Program-made: the position numbers and the translations under genes
The notes under the pieces: generated by a model
Told to the model about the DNA's origin: nothing
Database searches by the model: none
Seen by the model: the letters and a program-made list of their open reading frames with translations, nothing else
Shown here: one piece after another, positions 1 to 12,281 of the stretch
Layout: the number at the start of each line of letters is the position of its first letter
Position numbering within the stretch: position 1 is the stretch's first letter
Origin: Mustelus asterias
Lineage: Eukaryota
Length of the DNA stretch: 64,000 bases
Assembly (NCBI RefSeq): GCF_964213995.1
Contig: NW_027590177.1
Coordinates: 310,001 to 374,000, forward strand
Reading direction: 5' to 3'

Positions 1-920
1 GGAAGAGATACAGAGCCCCATCTGAGCTGGAAATTCATCAACGCAGTCATACTGGGGAGAGACCATTCACCTGCTCTGTGTGTGGGAAGGGATTCATTCA
101 TTTAGGCAGCCTGCAGAAACACAAGGTCACTCATACCCAGGAGAGACCTTTTAAATGTTCTGACTGTGGGAGCAGATTCAAACGCTCTCAGGATCTCGTG
201 TCCCACCAGCGCATTCACAGTGAGGAGAGACCGTTCAGCTGCTCTCACTGCTCAAAGAGGTTTAGAACATCATACCACCTGCGGAGACACCAGCGAGTTC
301 ACACTGGGGAAAGGCCGTTCCCCTGCTCTGTGTGTGGGAAGGGATTCACTCAGTCATCCACCCTGAAGACACACCGAGTCACTCACAGCAATGAGAGACC
401 GTTTAAATGCTCTGACTGTGGGAGCGGATTCAAAAGCTCTCAGGATCTCGTGTCCCACCAGCGCATTCACACTGAGGAGAGACCGTTCAGCTGCTCTCAC
501 TGCACAAAGAGGTTTAGAACTTCATCCAACCTGCAGACACACGAGCGAGTTCACACTGGGGAGAGGCCATTCACCTGCTCTGTGTGTGGGAAGGGATTCA
601 CTCAATTATCCACCCTGCTGAAACACAAAATTACTCACATCCAGGAGAGACCCTTTAACTGCTCTGACTGTGGGGGAGGTTTCAAAAGCTCTGGAGAACT
701 GGTATCCCACCAGCGCATTCACACTGAAGAGAGACCGTTCAGCTGCTCTCACTGCACAAAGAGATTTAGAACATCATACCACCTGCGGATACACCAGCGA
801 GTTCACACTGGGGAAAGGCCATTCACCTGCTCGGTGTGTGGGAAGGGATTCATTCAGTCATTCCACCTGCGCACACACAATCTCACTCACACCAATGAGA
901 GACCGTTTAAATGCTCTTGA
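1..920 (+). CDS. C2H2 zinc-finger array protein, 5' end outside the window; frameshift at ~917
   Basis: The frame of ORF 78..920 is open from position 3 ([22 protein letters not shown]) and runs through ~10 C2H2 fingers with TGERP/TEERP linkers. An extra T in 'aaatgctcttgactgc' ends the frame. Confidence 0.8.
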   Translation, partial: KRYRAPSELEIHQRSHTGERPFTCSVCGKGFIHLGSLQKHKVTHTQERPFKCSDCGSRFKRSQDLVSHQRIHSEERPFSCSHCSKRFRTSYHLRRHQRVHTGERPFPCSVCGKGFTQSSTLKTHRVTHSNERPFKCSDCGSGFKSSQDLVSHQRIHTEERPFSCSHCTKRFRTSSNLQTHERVHTGERPFTCSVCGKGFTQLSTLLKHKITHIQERPFNCSDCGGGFKSSGELVSHQRIHTEERPFSCSHCTKRFRTSYHLRIHQRVHTGERPFTCSVCGKGFIQSFHLRTHNLTHTNERPFKCS

Positions 921-1557
921 CTGCGGGAGCGGATTCAGAAGCTCTCAGGATCTGGTGTCCCACCAGCGCATTCACACTGAGGACAGACCGTTCAGCTGCT
1001 CTCACTGCTCAAAGAGGTTTAAAACGTCATCCAACCTGCGGATACACCAGCGAGTTCACACCGGGGAGAGACCATTCACCTGCTCTGTGTGTGGGAAGGG
1101 ATTCACTGCTTCATCCAGCTTGCTGAGACACAAAGCCACTCACTCCAAGGAGAGCCCCTTTAAATGCTCTGCCTGAGAGGCCGGCTTCAGAAGCTCTCAG
1201 GAACTGATGATCCCCGAGCACATTCACACCGGGGAGAGGCCGTTCAGCTGCTCTCGCTGTTCAAGGAGGTTTAGAATATCATCAACACTGCTGAAACACC
1301 AGTGAGTTCACACCGGGGAGAAACCATTCACCTGCTTGGTGTGTGCGAAAGGATTTACTCAGTTATCCAGCCTGCTCAGACACAACATCATCACACCCAG
1401 GAGAGACCCTTTAAATGTGGGCGTGGCTTCAAAAGCTCTCGGGAACTAATGTCCCACCAGTGAGTTCACACCAGGCAGAGGCTGGTCACCTGCTCTGACT
1501 GGGAAGGGATTCACTCAGTCAGCAAACTTGGTGAAACACCAGTGAGTTCACAAGTGA
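921..1557 (+). pseudogene. Out-of-frame, decayed 3' fingers of the first ZNF gene
   Basis: Three further fingers lie in ORF 670..1176, followed by fingers with TGA stops (1174, ~1303, ~1461) and indels, ending at the family-typical 'cacaagtga'. Confidence 0.8.
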
Positions 1558-1639
1558 TTACAGTTCTGGGATTATTCTTGTGAATCTTTCTTGACCCTTC
1601 TCCAGTGCCTCTATTTCCTTTTTCTAAATGGAGATCACA

Positions 1640-2822
1640 AATAGAACGTAGAACAGTACAGCACAGGAACAGAACCTTCAGCCCACCATGTTGTGTCGAA
1701 CATGATGTCAAATTAAACTATTCCTTTCTGCCTGCCCTTGGTCCATATTCCTCTATTCCTTGCATATTCATGTGCTTATTTAAAACCCCCTTAAACACCC
1801 CTATCGTATCTGCCTCCACCACCATTCCTAGCAGCGCATCCCAGACACCTACCACTCTCTGTGTAAAAACACTTACCTCTCACATCTCCTTTGAACTTTC
1901 CCCGTCTCACCTTCAGTGCATGCTCCCTGGTATTAGACATATCAACTCTGAGGAAAAGATTCTACGTCTCTCATTTTATAGACTGCTATCAGGTCTCCCC
2001 TCACCCTCCACCGCTATCGAGAAAACACCCCTCGTTTGTCAGTCGCTCACACCCTCCAATCCAGGCAGCATCCTGGGAAACCTCTTCTGCACCCTCATCA
2101 AAACCTCTGCATCCTTTCTGTAATGTGGCGACCAGAACTGAACGCAATATTCTAAGCGCGGCCCAAACAAACTTTTATAAAGCTGCAACATGGCATGCTG
2201 ACTCTTGTACTCAATAAAGGCAAGCATGCCATATGCCTTCTTTAGTGACTAAATATTTGTGTGGCTAATTTCAGGGAGCTCTGGACTTGAACCTCAAGAT
2301 CCCTCTGTACATTAACTGTATACTTATCCTTAATATTTGATCTCCCAAAGTGCAGCACCACACACTTGCCCGGATTAAAATCCATCTGTCATTTCTCTGC
2401 TCATATCTACAGCTGATCTACATCCCACTGTATCCTTTGACAACCTTCTACACTATCTACAACTCCATCTAGTTTTGTGTCGTCTGCAAGCTTACTAACC
2501 CACCCATCCACGTTTTCATCCAAGTCATTGATATATATCACAAATAGCGCAGGTCCCAGTACGGATCCCTGCAGAACACCACTAGTCACAGACCTCCAGT
2601 CAGAAAAACACCCTCCACCACTACTCTCTGACTTCTATGGGCAAGTCAATTCTGAATCCAAGTGGCCAAGTGACCGTGAATCCCATGCATCTTAATCTTC
2701 TGGATGAGCCGACCATGAGGGACCTTGTCGAAAGCCTCACTAAAATCCATGTACACAACATCCACTGCTCTATCCTCATCGATCACCTTCGTCATCTCCT
2801 CGATAAAATCGATCAAGTCAGT
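1640..2822 (-). mobile_element. CR1 LINE 3' fragment, degraded
   Basis: Minus-strand ORFs read SGVLQGSVLGPALFVIYINDLD..KLADDTK and RLEYCVQFWSPHYRKD. The shark CR1 tail 'agaacagtacagcacaggaacag' is at ~1650. Confidence 0.9.
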
Positions 2823-3459
2823 AAGATGTTGACGGTGCTCCCACTGCAGTCCTGTGATGAAAATATAGACTGGTTGGTGAAATGTAGATAACAGGTAGAA
2901 TTGATATCTAATGAGGACTTTATACTTTAGAATTGAATACAGGGCTCATTGTTACTAACGGGGAAAGAAGAGTTAAAACCCTGACCCAGAACCCTTTTCA
3001 CACACACGTGGACATCTCTGAATCTGACGCACACCAAATGGAACGTTACACAAGGGACTGGAATTCACTGGAATTTCTTAACAACCTTTCAATAGAAATG
3101 TCCTGGTACCGACTGTGACAAAGGACACAACAGACAGCAAGAACCAGGAGGAACCTTTAACCCAGAGAATGTTAATAACCTTGTTCAGGACACCGGTGCC
3201 AGGCACAGGAGGATCCCAGGAAAAACAGAACATTCAATTTCTGTCTGTTTCACAATTCTAAATGACTGATTCTTTAACAAAGGAATGTTTAAAAACAGCA
3301 TTGTGATATTCCAAGGTCACTGTGTCTGGGAAAGGCGCACACTGATGTGTTTTTATTTTAAACAGGAGGATCCATTGAAAAGCAGCTCTGGACGATACGA
3401 GCACCTCCTGACCGACTTTCAATTCATTTCAAATCACCCATCACTTTCCGTGGAATATT

Positions 3460-3840
3460 CTTTATTCTTTCCTGGGATGTGGACACTGCTGGCAAAGCCC
3501 CAGCACACGTTGCTCAGCTCCTCATTGCCCCTGAATGGAGTGACTTGCTCGGCCATTTCAGAGGGACAGTTAAGATGCACCCACATCGCTGTGTGGGTCT
3601 GGATTCACATGTAGGCCAGACCGGGTAAGGATGGCAGATTTCCCTCCCTAATAGGAGCATTAATAGGGTGAACTGGATGGATTTTTACAACAGTCGATAG
3701 TTTCATGGTCACCGTTTCTGACACTAACTTTATATAATTCCAGATTGATTCACTGAATTCAAATCCCACCAGCTGCCTGTCCCCAGATCCTTTGCTGGGT
3801 CTCTGCATTACTCGGCCAGAGACATTCCCACCACCTCCCC
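3460..3840 (-). mobile_element. tRNA-derived SINE (SacSINE1/DeuSINE-like)
   Basis: Core 'cacatgtaggccagaccgggtaaggatggcagatttcc' is shared with 27380-27810 and 61410-61765. Confidence 0.7.
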
Positions 3841-6800
3841 CGAATGGAATATTCTACACAACGCTTGAGTTAAGTGGGAAGTAGAAAAGAGAGAGGCTTT
3901 GACCTTAGGATGACCTCATCACCAACTACAGAAACCTTAAAGCTGACCATTCTGTAAAAGTTTATAAACTTTATTTTTATAAAACACAGAGTAAGAAACA
4001 GGTGAAAAGTAACGATGGACGTTCCGACTGACATCAGAAACATTGATTGACCGGATAAACACTCACTGCATCACAGAGCGATCCTCAACCATGAAAGAAT
4101 TGACCCACTATAAGGAATGAGAGAGCCTTATAAAAAGGGGCAGGAGTTTACACAGAGAGGTGACACCCACAGCTGCTCAGGATGATGGCATTCAGTTCAG
4201 GAAGGGGATAAAGTGAGAATCTTTTGTGATTCAAGACAGAAGTATTGAACAATCTGGAATCAGTGCTTCTCGAGCTTGCTGACCAGCCGAACACTTCAGT
4301 TAATCTCATCATAAAAACCCCCAGTGTAAATAACATGGATTTGACTGACAAATGTTGAAGTGTTGATTTAGACCCACAAGTTTTGACTTCCCATTTGAGC
4401 CTGGGGCACCTTTCTGTCTCTCTATTGCTCATGTCAATGACAGCCAGGCGACGGAGCTGAGGGCTGAATTTAGCTGAGAATAACGAGGCCTGCGCCCCAG
4501 TTTGGAAACTGCCCTGGGCGTTGCACTAATAGAGAGACAGGAAGCTGCTGGAGAACTGACTGGGAAATGGGCCTCCAACCAATCAGGGCACCGGAGGAGG
4601 TGACCGGGGCTGATGGTGACGTGACCCCCGGGGTTCAGTGTCCCTGTGTCCAAAGCGGGGAGTCACAGGAACAGGGGACAGAGGAGCTGAAGAGAATCCA
4701 GTTGTGTCCAGAACATTGTGAACATCCCTTTACTCTGGTTGTCTTTGATCCTCAAGTCATTTTCTGTTTGTTTTAACCATGTTCTGTTTCATTAATAAAC
4801 TTTTGTCAGTAAAAATATTTGATTGTTTTGGACTTTTCCTGATGAGATTGATGCACTTTAGGGAAAGTGGGTGAGAGGGGTTGGCAGGCTCTTTAACAGA
4901 AAGTGAGTCCCTCTGAGGTAATTGGCAAAGGAGCCAGAGGGGGAGATGGGATTTTATTTTTGACTCAGTGATGTTAGAAAATGGGGTTCAGGGAATCAAT
5001 TAACCCTTTCTCCCCTTTTCCCAAACTCTGAAATGATTCCCAGTGATAACTCTTATTGGTGACAGTGGTTAGATTTTATTCAGTATCAATAAGAGCTGAC
5101 ACAGGCTAATGTCTGAGCAGTCGTATCAAAGTGCAGCAGCATTACCATTACACTCTGGGTAGAAGCAGCATCTCCACGGAAATGCTCCCTGCTCTGCACC
5201 AGATGCCATGGCACCAGTCAATGCAATATGTAAAACCTCGACTAATCTCTGTGCTCGGGGAATCCCCTCTTATACTTTGTTACATCACAAAGTCTATGGA
5301 GACTGATTTAACCCAATCATTGCCCGGCTAACATTTGAATGAACCAATTACAAAACCTGTCATTGAACCATCTGTACTTGCCCAAGCCACGTCAAACTCT
5401 CAAACAATTGTCTTCCCACGCTCCGTCCCTGGTTCAGGGAGTCAGCATTCCCATGCCAAGCAGTGAAAACATGGTGGCCTTGACACACAGGTGTCATCCA
5501 GGATTCAAGGCACTCCTGTTTTCTCTGTCCTCTGGGAGCTGTTTATCTCCCTGCTCCCACACAGCAAGTCGTCTGTTCTCAGCTCTGCTGCATTTCTGCT
5601 GAAGTTTGGCCCCTTTTACACCTTTCGGATCAATAAAACATTTGGTCAATGACCCAAACCACAACTTCCCATCCTGTCACCTGTCAACCATCCTTACCCA
5701 GAGCGTAATCACAACAGGAATAAAAACAGGAGAAGTGTAACAATCAAATTCAAAATAAATGCACAGCCAGTCATAGAATCGAATATCATATTCACTAATT
5801 AGCAAGAAAACCCAAAGTAGGGGGTCCCCCAGGATTCTTACAGTCCACACCTTGAGGGGGAGGAGAACTTTCTCTCTGACCCCTCACTCAATTTCACTCC
5901 GTTATTTTCGAGTTCTATTCTGGTCCCACCTGGGGTAACATCTAATCAAACTTTTCTCCTGAAGGAACACCGTGAGTTCTCGGTTACTTGTACGTTAGGA
6001 CAGGTCCTTCAATCAACAGATCAACATGGATGTAAAAGATTCTCCAGCTCTCTCCTTACCCCTGTCCAACTGTGGACAGTTCTTACTCAGTATTATTTCT
6101 CCCAATACCTCAATTGTCCCAATCTATAATATGACCCATTTTACTGTAATTTTCCTCACTTTGTGAGCATGTGCAGTGTGTTTAATTGGATCCTGATTGT
6201 TTTGAACTCAGTTTCTCTCTGGAGTGTGTGTCAGTGCCTTGATGATGTCACAATGTTGTCTCAATCCCCTGGCCACATTAACCATTTCATCTCCTGTTGT
6301 GTCTCAAGTAGCTGTGTGTGTTTGGGACCCGCTCTTCACTCCATCTCACCATGAATTTAGGCTTGCTATTTTTCACATGTAACAAATCACATCTACACAC
6401 TCACTCCGGTATCCCAAAATCATGTCACACATTCTTAACTCTCAGATGTATTGATGAAAAGTTCAAAATGAGTGTCTGTCTTTCTTATCTTCCCCTGTTA
6501 TGGAGCTGATGTTTCATTGAGTGGCTGGGCTTTCAAATGTGGATTTCTTTAAAACAAAGTTCATGGACAAGGATGTAAATATCTCCCAGAGAAAGTGATC
6601 AACTTATTCATCCCATCTACACATTCCAGCCTTTCACTGGAATGTAGGTGGACACTAGATTGATATATTCCATTCAACCACACACAAGGTGAGTTATTCC
6701 AATTCCCTTATTGTCCTGTTGTGATGTATTTCTTCCAACTAACCACAGGAGACCCAGGGACATGTTACAATAGTTTATTCATGTTTCAAACCTGGAGGGA

Positions 6801-7357
6801 ACAACCCCAGAGAAAGCTCTGGAAGACCACCCTCCTGTGATACAGCTCAAAGTCACAGCTCTGACACAGCTCTCTAATACAGTAATCACAGAGACATCAC
6901 TCTAATACAACTCTCAGCTCCAAGTCACAGATACAGACAGCTTACACAGTTATTCAATACAGTGAGAAATGCAAGGGTTGTGAGGAAGAATATTTTGGTG
7001 CAGCGAATGGTAATGACCTGGAACTCGCTGCCTACAAGGGTGGTGGAAGTGGAGACAATAAACAATTACAAAGGAAATTGGATGGGCATTTGGGGAGTTT
7101 CAAACAGAAATGCTGACTAAATATCTCTGAACTTCCTCACAACCGGTCACTCTGTGATCCTTGTGAAATCTGAAACCAGATATTCACAACAAGACTCAAA
7201 GAGCATCAGCCCACTGGAGGCAAAGTTGTGAGACCAGCCAGTCCAGCAGAAATAAACCCTCTGACCCTCCCCATTGACCAACTGTGAGAATGAACAAAAT
7301 GCAGTCCTGGATGTAATTGAGAGCAGAAACAATAACAGCAGAATCCAACCCCTGGAA

Positions 7358-8200
7358 TCACTCGTGAACCTGTTGGTGTCTCAGCAGCTGGGATGAAACT
7401 CTGAATCCCTTCCCACACTGAGAGCAGGTGAATGGCCTCTCTCCAGTGTGAACTCGCTGGTGTGTCTGCAGATTGGATGACTGAGTGAATCCCCTTCCAC
7501 ACTGAGAGCAGGTGAATGGTTTCTCCCCAGTGTGAACTCGCTGGTGTCTCCGCAGGGTGGATGACAGAGTGAATCGCTTCCCACACTGAGAGCATGTGAA
7601 CGGTTTCCCCCCAGTGTGAACCCGCTGGTGTATCTGCAGATTGGATGACTGACTGAATCCCTTCCCACACTGAGAGCAAGTGAACGGTTTCTCCCCAGTG
7701 TGAACTCGCTGGTGTTTCTGCAGGGTGGATGACTGAGTGAATCCCTTCCCACACTGAGAGCAGGTGAATGGCCTCTCCCCAGTGTGAACTCGCTGGTGTG
7801 ACCGTAGGCTGGATAAGTCAGTGAATCCCTCCCCACACTGAGAGCAGATGAATGGCCTCTCCCCAGTGTGAACTCGCTGGTGTGTCTGCAGCTGGGATAA
7901 CCGAGTGAATCCCTTCTCACACTGAGAGCAGGTGAATGGTTTCTCCCCAGTGTGAACCTGCTTGTGTCTCCACAGAGCGGATGCCTGAGTGAATCCCTCC
8001 CCACACTTAGAGCAAGTGAACGGCCTCTCCCCAGTGTGAACTCGCTGGTGTTGCTTCAGGATGGATAACCGAGTGAATCCCTCTCTACAGTGAGAGCAGA
8101 TGAACGGCCTCTCCCCAGTGTGGCTGCGCCGATGAGCTTCCAGCAGGGATGGGGTTCTGTATCTCTTCCCACAGTCCGCACATTTCCATGGTTTCTCCAT
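7358..8200 (-). CDS. C2H2 ZNF, 10 fingers (type A start MEKPWKC)
   Basis: Intact ORF with Kozak-like accATGg at 8200 and an in-frame TGA 13 codons upstream. 10 canonical fingers. Confidence 0.9.
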   Translation of the reverse strand: MEKPWKCADCGKRYRTPSLLEAHRRSHTGERPFICSHCREGFTRLSILKQHQRVHTGERPFTCSKCGEGFTQASALWRHKQVHTGEKPFTCSQCEKGFTRLSQLQTHQRVHTGERPFICSQCGEGFTDLSSLRSHQRVHTGERPFTCSQCGKGFTQSSTLQKHQRVHTGEKPFTCSQCGKGFSQSSNLQIHQRVHTGGKPFTCSQCGKRFTLSSTLRRHQRVHTGEKPFTCSQCGRGFTQSSNLQTHQRVHTGERPFTCSQCGKGFRVSSQLLRHQQVHE

Positions 8201-9159
8201 GGTGCAGGTGTCCTTGCCTCTCCCTTGGGTGGACAATCAGTTGAAGCCTCGTTCAAACACAGAACACGAGTACAGTCTCTCCCCGCTGTGAATGGTGTGA
8301 TATTTATTTAGGCTGTGTAACTGGTTAAAGCTCTTTAGTCAGTGCATTGGAACACTCTCACTCGAGTGTGGCAGTGTGTTGGTGCTTTTCCAGTCACACT
8401 GATGTTTGAAATCTTTTCAAATCGACAGACTGGACAAACGTTTCTCCTTCTAGATTCAAAGGCTGATGATATTCAGCTCCCAAGGAATATGACTCTGTCA
8501 GATCTCGACGTGACATTTGAGATTTCGGAATGCGATTCCTCTTTCAATATCCTGTAAAATGAGTTTATTAAAGCCATCACTGTCAGAACAGGATAGAAAT
8601 TCAGAAGACACAATTCCAGTTTCTATGGAACATTATTTCCTCCCTCATTTCCCAAAAGCTGTAAATCTCCATCCCACACACTCTCCCTCCATTCTCACTC
8701 TGCTGTATCTAATATTCACCCTCCCAATTCTCCTGAAGGTGCTGATTGAGGCTGATTGACAGATCCATGCTCACTGCTTCCTCTCCAGCACATAGAAATC
8801 ATAAGAAATCGGAGCTGCAGTTGGCCATTCAGCCCATCGAACTGCCTCAATCATTGATTGAGAATTGGCTGATCGACCTCAGCGTGGGGTGCATAATTCC
8901 AAAACTACGCACATACTTGAGTGAGGAAATCCCTCCTCATCTTAACTTTCTCTCCATTTTCCTACCTGTTCCCCATAACGCTTGACGCCTTTATCAATCA
9001 AAAATCAGTTTAACTCACCCTGGAATATATTCAATGACTCTCACCCTCCACTCATCCCTGTGGAAAAGAAATCCAAACACTAATGACTCTAATAGGCAAG
9101 AGACGAATGACTGGAAATATCTAAGGTAGATACAGTACAATATGAGTTCTGTCTGAAGT

Positions 9160-9600
9160 TCAATCTTCATTCAGAGAGGAGCAGCTTTGCTGGGCAACAA
9201 TGGAGGAAGCTGCGTGCAGCCATGCATACAAGTCCCGGACTTTGATTGGCTGGAGGACCAGCGCCCATCCGGTCCTGCACGGGTTGCCATTGGTCAATCT
9301 GCCGCATGTAGACAATGTGGGGGCGGAACCCGGGCCCACGTGGGGGGTGGGCGGGGCTTTGACCGCCAGCCGCTCTGAGCTGGTGTCCAATCCGCAGTGT
9401 TTTGCTTCTGTAATCGGTGATATTGCTGCCAATGGGACACTGTGTGCTGGGAACGCCCCTCTGAGTCATTGTGACGGCACAATGGAGCCCTGCCTGAATC
9501 AGCCAATAGCATTCACTCTGCTCCGCGGTGACGTCTCCGGGTTCAGGCGCGCGGACCCGGGAGCCCCGCCCCCACCCATTGTTCCCCCAGTCTGTACATT
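9160..9600. promoter_or_regulatory. CpG-island promoter, cassette P2 (GC box, CRE, multiple CCAAT)
   Basis: CpG-rich island in otherwise CpG-poor DNA, with gggcgggg, tgacgtc and several ccaat/attgg motifs. 9465-9580 is the reverse complement homologue of 37860-37980. Confidence 0.7.
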
Positions 9601-9960
9601 CCACACATTGTTAGTCCAGTCAGATAGACATATATCTGTCTGGCCGCCTGCATGGAGATTTCCAGCTCTCTGTGTCCAGGACATGGATCTGTCATTCAGC
9701 TTGAATCAGCATCTTCAGGAGAATTGGGAGGGTGAATATTAGATACAGCAGAGTGAGAATGGAGGGAGAGTGTGTGGGATAGGGATTCACAGCTTTTGGG
9801 GAATGAGAATTGCTACATCCATCAACCATCCTTGAGCCTTCACAATGAATCTCTCTTCTCAGGACACTCTTATCTCTGACTTTGTCTCTACTTGTAGCTG
9901 TCTTACAAAGCAGCTGCCTGTCTGCTGATACGAGAGGCCCTGCTGGGCAAGTTTAATGCA

Positions 9961-10634
9961 GTAAGAAGTTTAACAACACCAGGTTAAAGTCCAACAGGTT
10001 TATTTGGTAGCAAAAGCCACACAAGCTTTCGAAGCTCTAAGCCCCTTCTTCAGGTGAGTGGGAATTCTGTTCACAAACAGAGCTTATAAAGACACAGACT
10101 CAATTTACATGAATAATGGTTGGAATGCGAATACTTACAACTAATCAAGTCTTTAAGAAACAAAACAATGTGAGTGGAGAAAGCATCAAGACAGGCTAAA
10201 GAGATGTGTATTGTCTCCAGACAAGACAGCCAGTGAAACTCTGCAGGTCCACGCAATTGTGGGAGTTACAAATAGTGTGACATGAACCCAATATCCCGGT
10301 TGAGGCCGTCCTCGTGTGTGCGGAACTTGGCTATCAGTTTCTGCTCAGCGACTCTGCGCTGTCGTGTGTCGCGAAGGCCGCCTTGGAGAACGCTTACCCG
10401 AATATCAGAGGCCGAATGCCCGTGACCACTGAAGTGCTCCCCAACAGGAAGAGAACAGTCTTGCCTGGTGATTGTCGAGCGGTGTTCATTCATCCGTTGT
10501 CGCAGCGTCTGCATAGTTTCCCCAATGTACCATGCCTCGGGACATCTCGCTGCAAGAAAGGATGTCCCGAGGCATGGTACATTGGGGAAACTATGCAGAC
10601 ACTGCGACAACGGATGAATGAACACCGCTCGACA
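9961..10634 (-). mobile_element. Penelope-like element fragment with internal inversion
   Basis: GIY-YIG C-terminus 'WYIGETMQTLRQRMNEHRS..PVGEHF..EQKLIAKFRTHEDGLNRDIGFMSHY'. The inverted arm is 10545-10634, and a hammerhead motif lies at ~10018-10057 (-). Confidence 0.85.
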
Positions 10635-10934
10635 AAAGGGTCATCCACACTTGAAACGTTGGTCTATTCTCTTTTTAAAATATATATAACACAGCTGCCT
10701 CAGCCTTGGCCCACTCTAACACATACAATTGTGCAATGATGACTGGCAGGTCAGACAACTGGTCAGAATATTAAAAATGGCCAAGAATGATGAAAAGAAT
10801 GATAAGGGAGAAAAATTTTGAGTATGAGAGAAAGCTTGTTCGAAGTATAAAGACCGATAACAAATGGAGCACTGGCCATAGAGCAATAAAGCACAGAAAC
10901 AGGTCCTTGGCCCAACTGGTCCATGCCGACCCAC

Positions 10935-11620
10935 TGAACCTGTTCCTCAGAATTCTCTCCAGTCATTTATCCAGCACTGATGTCAGGCTCAGCAGCCTGC
11001 AATTACCCGGCTTCTCTTTGCTACTCGTCTTAAACAACGGAACAACATGAGCCACGCTTCAATCTTCCAGAACTTTGCCAGTGGAAGAGAAGAAGCAAAT
11101 ATCTCTGCAAGGGCCTCTGCAATTTCTTCCCTAGCCCCCCAAAAGATCCAAGAATACACTTGATCAGGCCCAGGGGATTTATCCACCTTAAAGTGCATTA
11201 AGGCTGAAGATATTTCCACCCAAGTAATATGTGTGTGGCCCAATACATAGCCTCTTATTTCTTTAGCACCCATGATATTCTCCTCAGTAAACATGGGGAG
11301 AAATATTCATTAAAAATCTCAGCCATCTCCTGTGGCTCCACACACAGACAGCTATGCTGATTTTTAAGAAGATCTATTCTGTCTGTAGCCACACTTCGAT
11401 TCTTAATATAGCTATAGAGCCTCTTGGGATTTTCTTTAACCTTACCTGTCAGATCTATATCATACCCTCTTTCTGCCCTCCTGATTGCTCTCTGAAGTGT
11501 TCTCTTACACTTTTTAATCACATCAAGTGATTCACTTGTCCCTGATTGCCTAAACCCAATGTATGCTTCCTTCTTTTACCTGACCAGAGCCTCAATGTCC
11601 CTGGTCAGCCAGGGATCCCT
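10935..11620 (-). mobile_element. CR1 LINE ORF2 fragment (upstream of RT)
   Basis: Minus-strand ORFs read FKVDKSPGPDQVY..EEIAEALAEIF and KVKENPKRLYSYIK. Confidence 0.8.
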
Positions 11621-11867
11621 GGCTACATGACCTGAGCAAAGATAACAAGCCTGTACTGTGTTGTCAGCCAGCAGGCTGCTGTGGAAGCTTTCTTCATAAC
11701 AGAGCAAGAGCGAGCCCTTTCTTTATATTTAATTCAAGATTTTATAAGAGATTAGAGGGCAATTTATTTCGTCCATTACTTCAATTGGACTCGTCTCCAT
11801 TCCCGGTATTTCTGTACCAGACAGGACCATTTCCCTTTTTTCTGGTGGATAATGAAGTGTGACTGTG

Positions 11868-12281
11868 ATTCTGATTTGATTTATTATTATGTGTATTAGT
11901 ATACAGTGAAAAGCATTGTTTCTTGCGCGCTATACAAAGCATACCGTTCATAGAGAAGGAAAGGAGAGGGTGCAGAACGTAGTGTTACAGTCATTGTAAG
12001 GTGTAGAGAAAGATCAACTTAATGCAATGCAAGACCATTCAATAGTCTGTTGGCCGCAGGGAAGAAACTGTTCTTGAGTCAGTTGGTACTTGACCTCAGA
12101 CTTGTGTATCTTTTTCCCGACAGAAGAGAGTATGTCTGGGGTGCGTGAGGTCCTTAATTATGCTAGCTGCTTTGCCGAGGCAGAGGGAAGTGTAGACAGA
12201 GTCAATGGATGGGAGGCTAGGTTGTGTGATGGATTGGGCTACATTCACGACCTTTTGTAGTTCCTTGTGGTCTTGGGCAGA
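11868..12281 (-). mobile_element. Rex1/Babar-like LINE 3' fragment
   Basis: Homologous to 18080-18520 (LQKVVNVAQSITQ.SLPSIDSVY..CLGKAASIIKD), with an (aatca)n tail. Confidence 0.8.

Noticed and set aside
166-1126. Many alternative-frame ORFs over ZNF exons (..[22 protein letters not shown].., ..[10 protein letters not shown]..)
   Set aside because: These are shadow frames of repetitive C2H2 coding sequence, with no independent evidence of function.
9167-9742. ORFs of 145-206 aa over CpG islands (also 13196, 37690, 49543) as effector-domain exons
   Set aside because: No recognisable domain, frames are not conserved between homologous promoter copies, and the downstream ZF exons have in-frame stops before their ATG.
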